In this document: positions 39,984 through 41,567 of the stretch, piece after piece
Layout of the letters: each line of letters starts with the position of its first letter
Numbering within the stretch: the first letter of the stretch is position 1
Origin: Betaproteobacteria bacterium
GTDB lineage: Bacteria > Pseudomonadota > Gammaproteobacteria > Burkholderiales > Burkholderiaceae_C
Length of the DNA: 41,567 bases
Reading direction: 5' to 3'
Assembly (NCBI GenBank): GCA_009923345.1
Contig: RFTR01000001.1
Span: forward strand, 1-41,567
Made by a program: the position numbers and the translations under genes
Notes under the pieces: generated by a model
Told to the model about the DNA's origin: nothing
Database searches by the model: none
Seen by the model: only the letters and a program-made list of their open reading frames with translations

Positions 39984-41246
39984 ATGACCAACAACACGAC
40001 TTACACCCAACTAGACGCTTGGATTGACTCGCACTTTGACGAGCAAGTCAAATTTCTGCAAGCACTGATTCGTGTACCTACCGACACACCACCCGGTGAC
40101 AACGCACCACATGCCGAGCGCACAGCCGAACTGCTCAAAGACTTTGGTTTTGAAGCAGAGAAATACCCTATTCCCGCCAATGAAGTGCACAACAACGGCC
40201 TAGAAAGCATTACCAACCTGATTGTGCGTCGCAAATATGGCCCGGGAAAAACAATCGCTTTGAACGCCCACGGCGATGTAGTGCCTCCCGGTGAAGGATG
40301 GACCAAAGACCCCTACGGCGGAGAGATTGAAAACGGCAAAATATTTGGCCGTGCGAGCGCGGTTAGCAAATGTGACTTCTCTACCTTTACCTTTGCGGCA
40401 CGTGCGCTAGAAGCCGTGAACGCCGCGTCACAACACCCACTCCACGGCACTTTGGAATTGCATTTCACCTATGACGAAGAGTTTGGCGGATTGCTTGGTC
40501 CAGGTTGGTTACTAGAGCATGGACACACCAAACCCGATTTGATGATTGCAGCGGGTTTTAGTTACCAAGTGGTCACAGCACACAATGGTTGCTTGCAAAT
40601 GGAAGTCACGGTGCATGGCGAAATGGCTCATGCCGCAATTCCAGACAGTGGCACCGACGCACTACAAGGTGCAGTGCATATATTGCAAGCCTTGCACGCA
40701 CTCAATACCCAATACCTGCAAATTACTTCCAAGGTAGAAGGTATCAGCCACCCCTATTTGAATGTCGGCCAAATCCATGGCGGCACCAACACCAACGTAG
40801 TGCCTGGCAAAGTGGTTTTCAAATTAGACCGCCGAATGATTCCAGAAGAAAACCCCATCGAAGTGGAAGCCAGCATTCGTCAAACGATTGAAAAAGCCGC
40901 GCAATCGTTCAAACCGTCTCGCGGTGGAAGCCAACTCAAGGTAGATATCAAACGCATCTTGTTGGCAAACGCTATGAAACCTTTAGCGGGCAACCAGCCT
41001 TTGGTCGATGCCATTCAAAAGCACGGCGAAGTTTTGTTCGGCGAACCCATCCCAGCGGTAGGCACGCCTTTGTACACCGATGTTCGCCTGTATGTTGAAC
41101 GCGGCATTCCTGGTGTGATTTACGGCGCTGGGCCGCGTACAGTGCGGGAATCTCACGCCAAGCGTGCAGATGAACGACTCGATCTTGAAGATTTGCGACG
41201 TGCCACCAAAGTGGTGGCAAGAACGCTGCAAGATTTGCTGGCCTAA
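39984..41246 (+). CDS. M20 (ArgE/DapE-like) metallohydrolase
   Basis: NAHGDVVP, GW..DP, GRA..SK.D, YDEE, HAAIPDSG, GGTNTNVVP, YGAG. Confidence 0.88.
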   Translation: MTNNTTYTQLDAWIDSHFDEQVKFLQALIRVPTDTPPGDNAPHAERTAELLKDFGFEAEKYPIPANEVHNNGLESITNLIVRRKYGPGKTIALNAHGDVVPPGEGWTKDPYGGEIENGKIFGRASAVSKCDFSTFTFAARALEAVNAASQHPLHGTLELHFTYDEEFGGLLGPGWLLEHGHTKPDLMIAAGFSYQVVTAHNGCLQMEVTVHGEMAHAAIPDSGTDALQGAVHILQALHALNTQYLQITSKVEGISHPYLNVGQIHGGTNTNVVPGKVVFKLDRRMIPEENPIEVEASIRQTIEKAAQSFKPSRGGSQLKVDIKRILLANAMKPLAGNQPLVDAIQKHGEVLFGEPIPAVGTPLYTDVRLYVERGIPGVIYGAGPRTVRESHAKRADERLDLEDLRRATKVVARTLQDLLA

Positions 41247-41250
41247 AAGA

Positions 41251-41277
41251 AAAAAGCCTCGATTTCTCGAGGCTTTA
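41251..41277. terminator. Terminator hairpin between M20 gene and tRNA
   Basis: AAAGCCTCGA-TTTC-TCGAGGCTTT; A-run on the left gives a U-tract on the minus strand. Confidence 0.8.
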
Positions 41278-41285
41278 TCTGTTGT

Positions 41286-41362
41286 TGGTGCGGCTGGCAG
41301 GAATCGAACCCACGACCCCTTGGTTCGTAGCCAAGTACTCTATCCAGCTGAGCTACAGCCGC
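41286..41362 (-). tRNA. tRNA-Arg(ACG)
   Basis: GCGGCTG-TAGCTCAGCTGGATAGAG-TA-CTTGG-CT-ACG-AA-CCAAG-GGGTC-GTGGG-TTCGATT-CCTGC-CAGCCGC-ACCA; 77 nt with encoded CCA. Confidence 0.97.
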
Positions 41363-41377
41363 TTTGGAAAGTTCGTG

Positions 41378-41386
41378 ATTCTAGCA
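41378..41386 (-). promoter_or_regulatory. Extended -10 promoter for tRNA-Arg
   Basis: TGcTAGAAT on the minus strand, 15 nt upstream of the mature 5' end. Confidence 0.6.
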
Positions 41387-41427
41387 TAGACCTTTCGATA
41401 TGATGTTTCATTCACAGAAAGAAAACC

Positions 41428-41567
41428 ATGGACTTGAACCTTCAACACAAACATGTCTTGATCACTGGTGGCAGCAAAGGGATAGGGCTTGCTTGCGCGG
41501 AGAACTTTCTCAACGAAGGCGCAAAAGTCACATTGGTTTCGCGTACCCCTCAAAACTTAGCCAATGC
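41428..41567 (+). CDS. Short-chain dehydrogenase/reductase, N-terminal part (runs off window)
   Basis: Manual translation: [39 protein letters not shown] (TGxxxGIG). Confidence 0.9.
   Translation, partial: MDLNLQHKHVLITGGSKGIGLACAENFLNEGAKVTLVSRTPQNLAN

Noticed and set aside
25288-41362. Purine cluster as a genomic island integrated at tRNA-Arg
   Set aside because: No integrase, and I saw no duplicate of the tRNA 3' end; a string search for TGGTGCGGCTGGCAGG would settle it.

Overview
Chromosomal window from a betaproteobacterium; protein style and gene order suggest Comamonadaceae/Limnohabitans-like (inference). The left half is housekeeping: dedD (partial), folC, ppnP, argG, murB, a 5'-truncated yajQ, plsY, a Tas-like reductase, an acyl-CoA synthetase, prfB with its programmed +1 frameshift, pepN, fbp, apaH, a DEAD-box helicase and dcd. 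It is interrupted by a small AT-rich patch with an RHH/ParE-RelE toxin-antitoxin pair and a decayed ABC ATPase. The right half holds a tartrate/D-malate dehydrogenase-Bug-glycerate kinase operon and a near-complete purine catabolism locus (8-oxoguanine deaminase-like, xdhABC, puuD, uraH, GntR, puuE, uraD-allantoate amidohydrolase fusion, orphan M20 hydrolase, modAB plus a broken modC), then tRNA-Arg(ACG). Most notable: (1) an intergenic element of two inverted units that share an invariant purine-rich core but have unrelated 25-26 bp stems whose mismatches are all strand-specific G.U wobbles, plus a collapsed second copy; (2) a chimeric Phd/YefM-CcdA antitoxin paired with CcdB; (3) deletions in yajQ and modC; (4) a recurring leaderless-type promoter with a GACAAT -10 variant; (5) a membrane-anchored FAM173-like methyltransferase. 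All calls come from reading the sequence; no searches were run.
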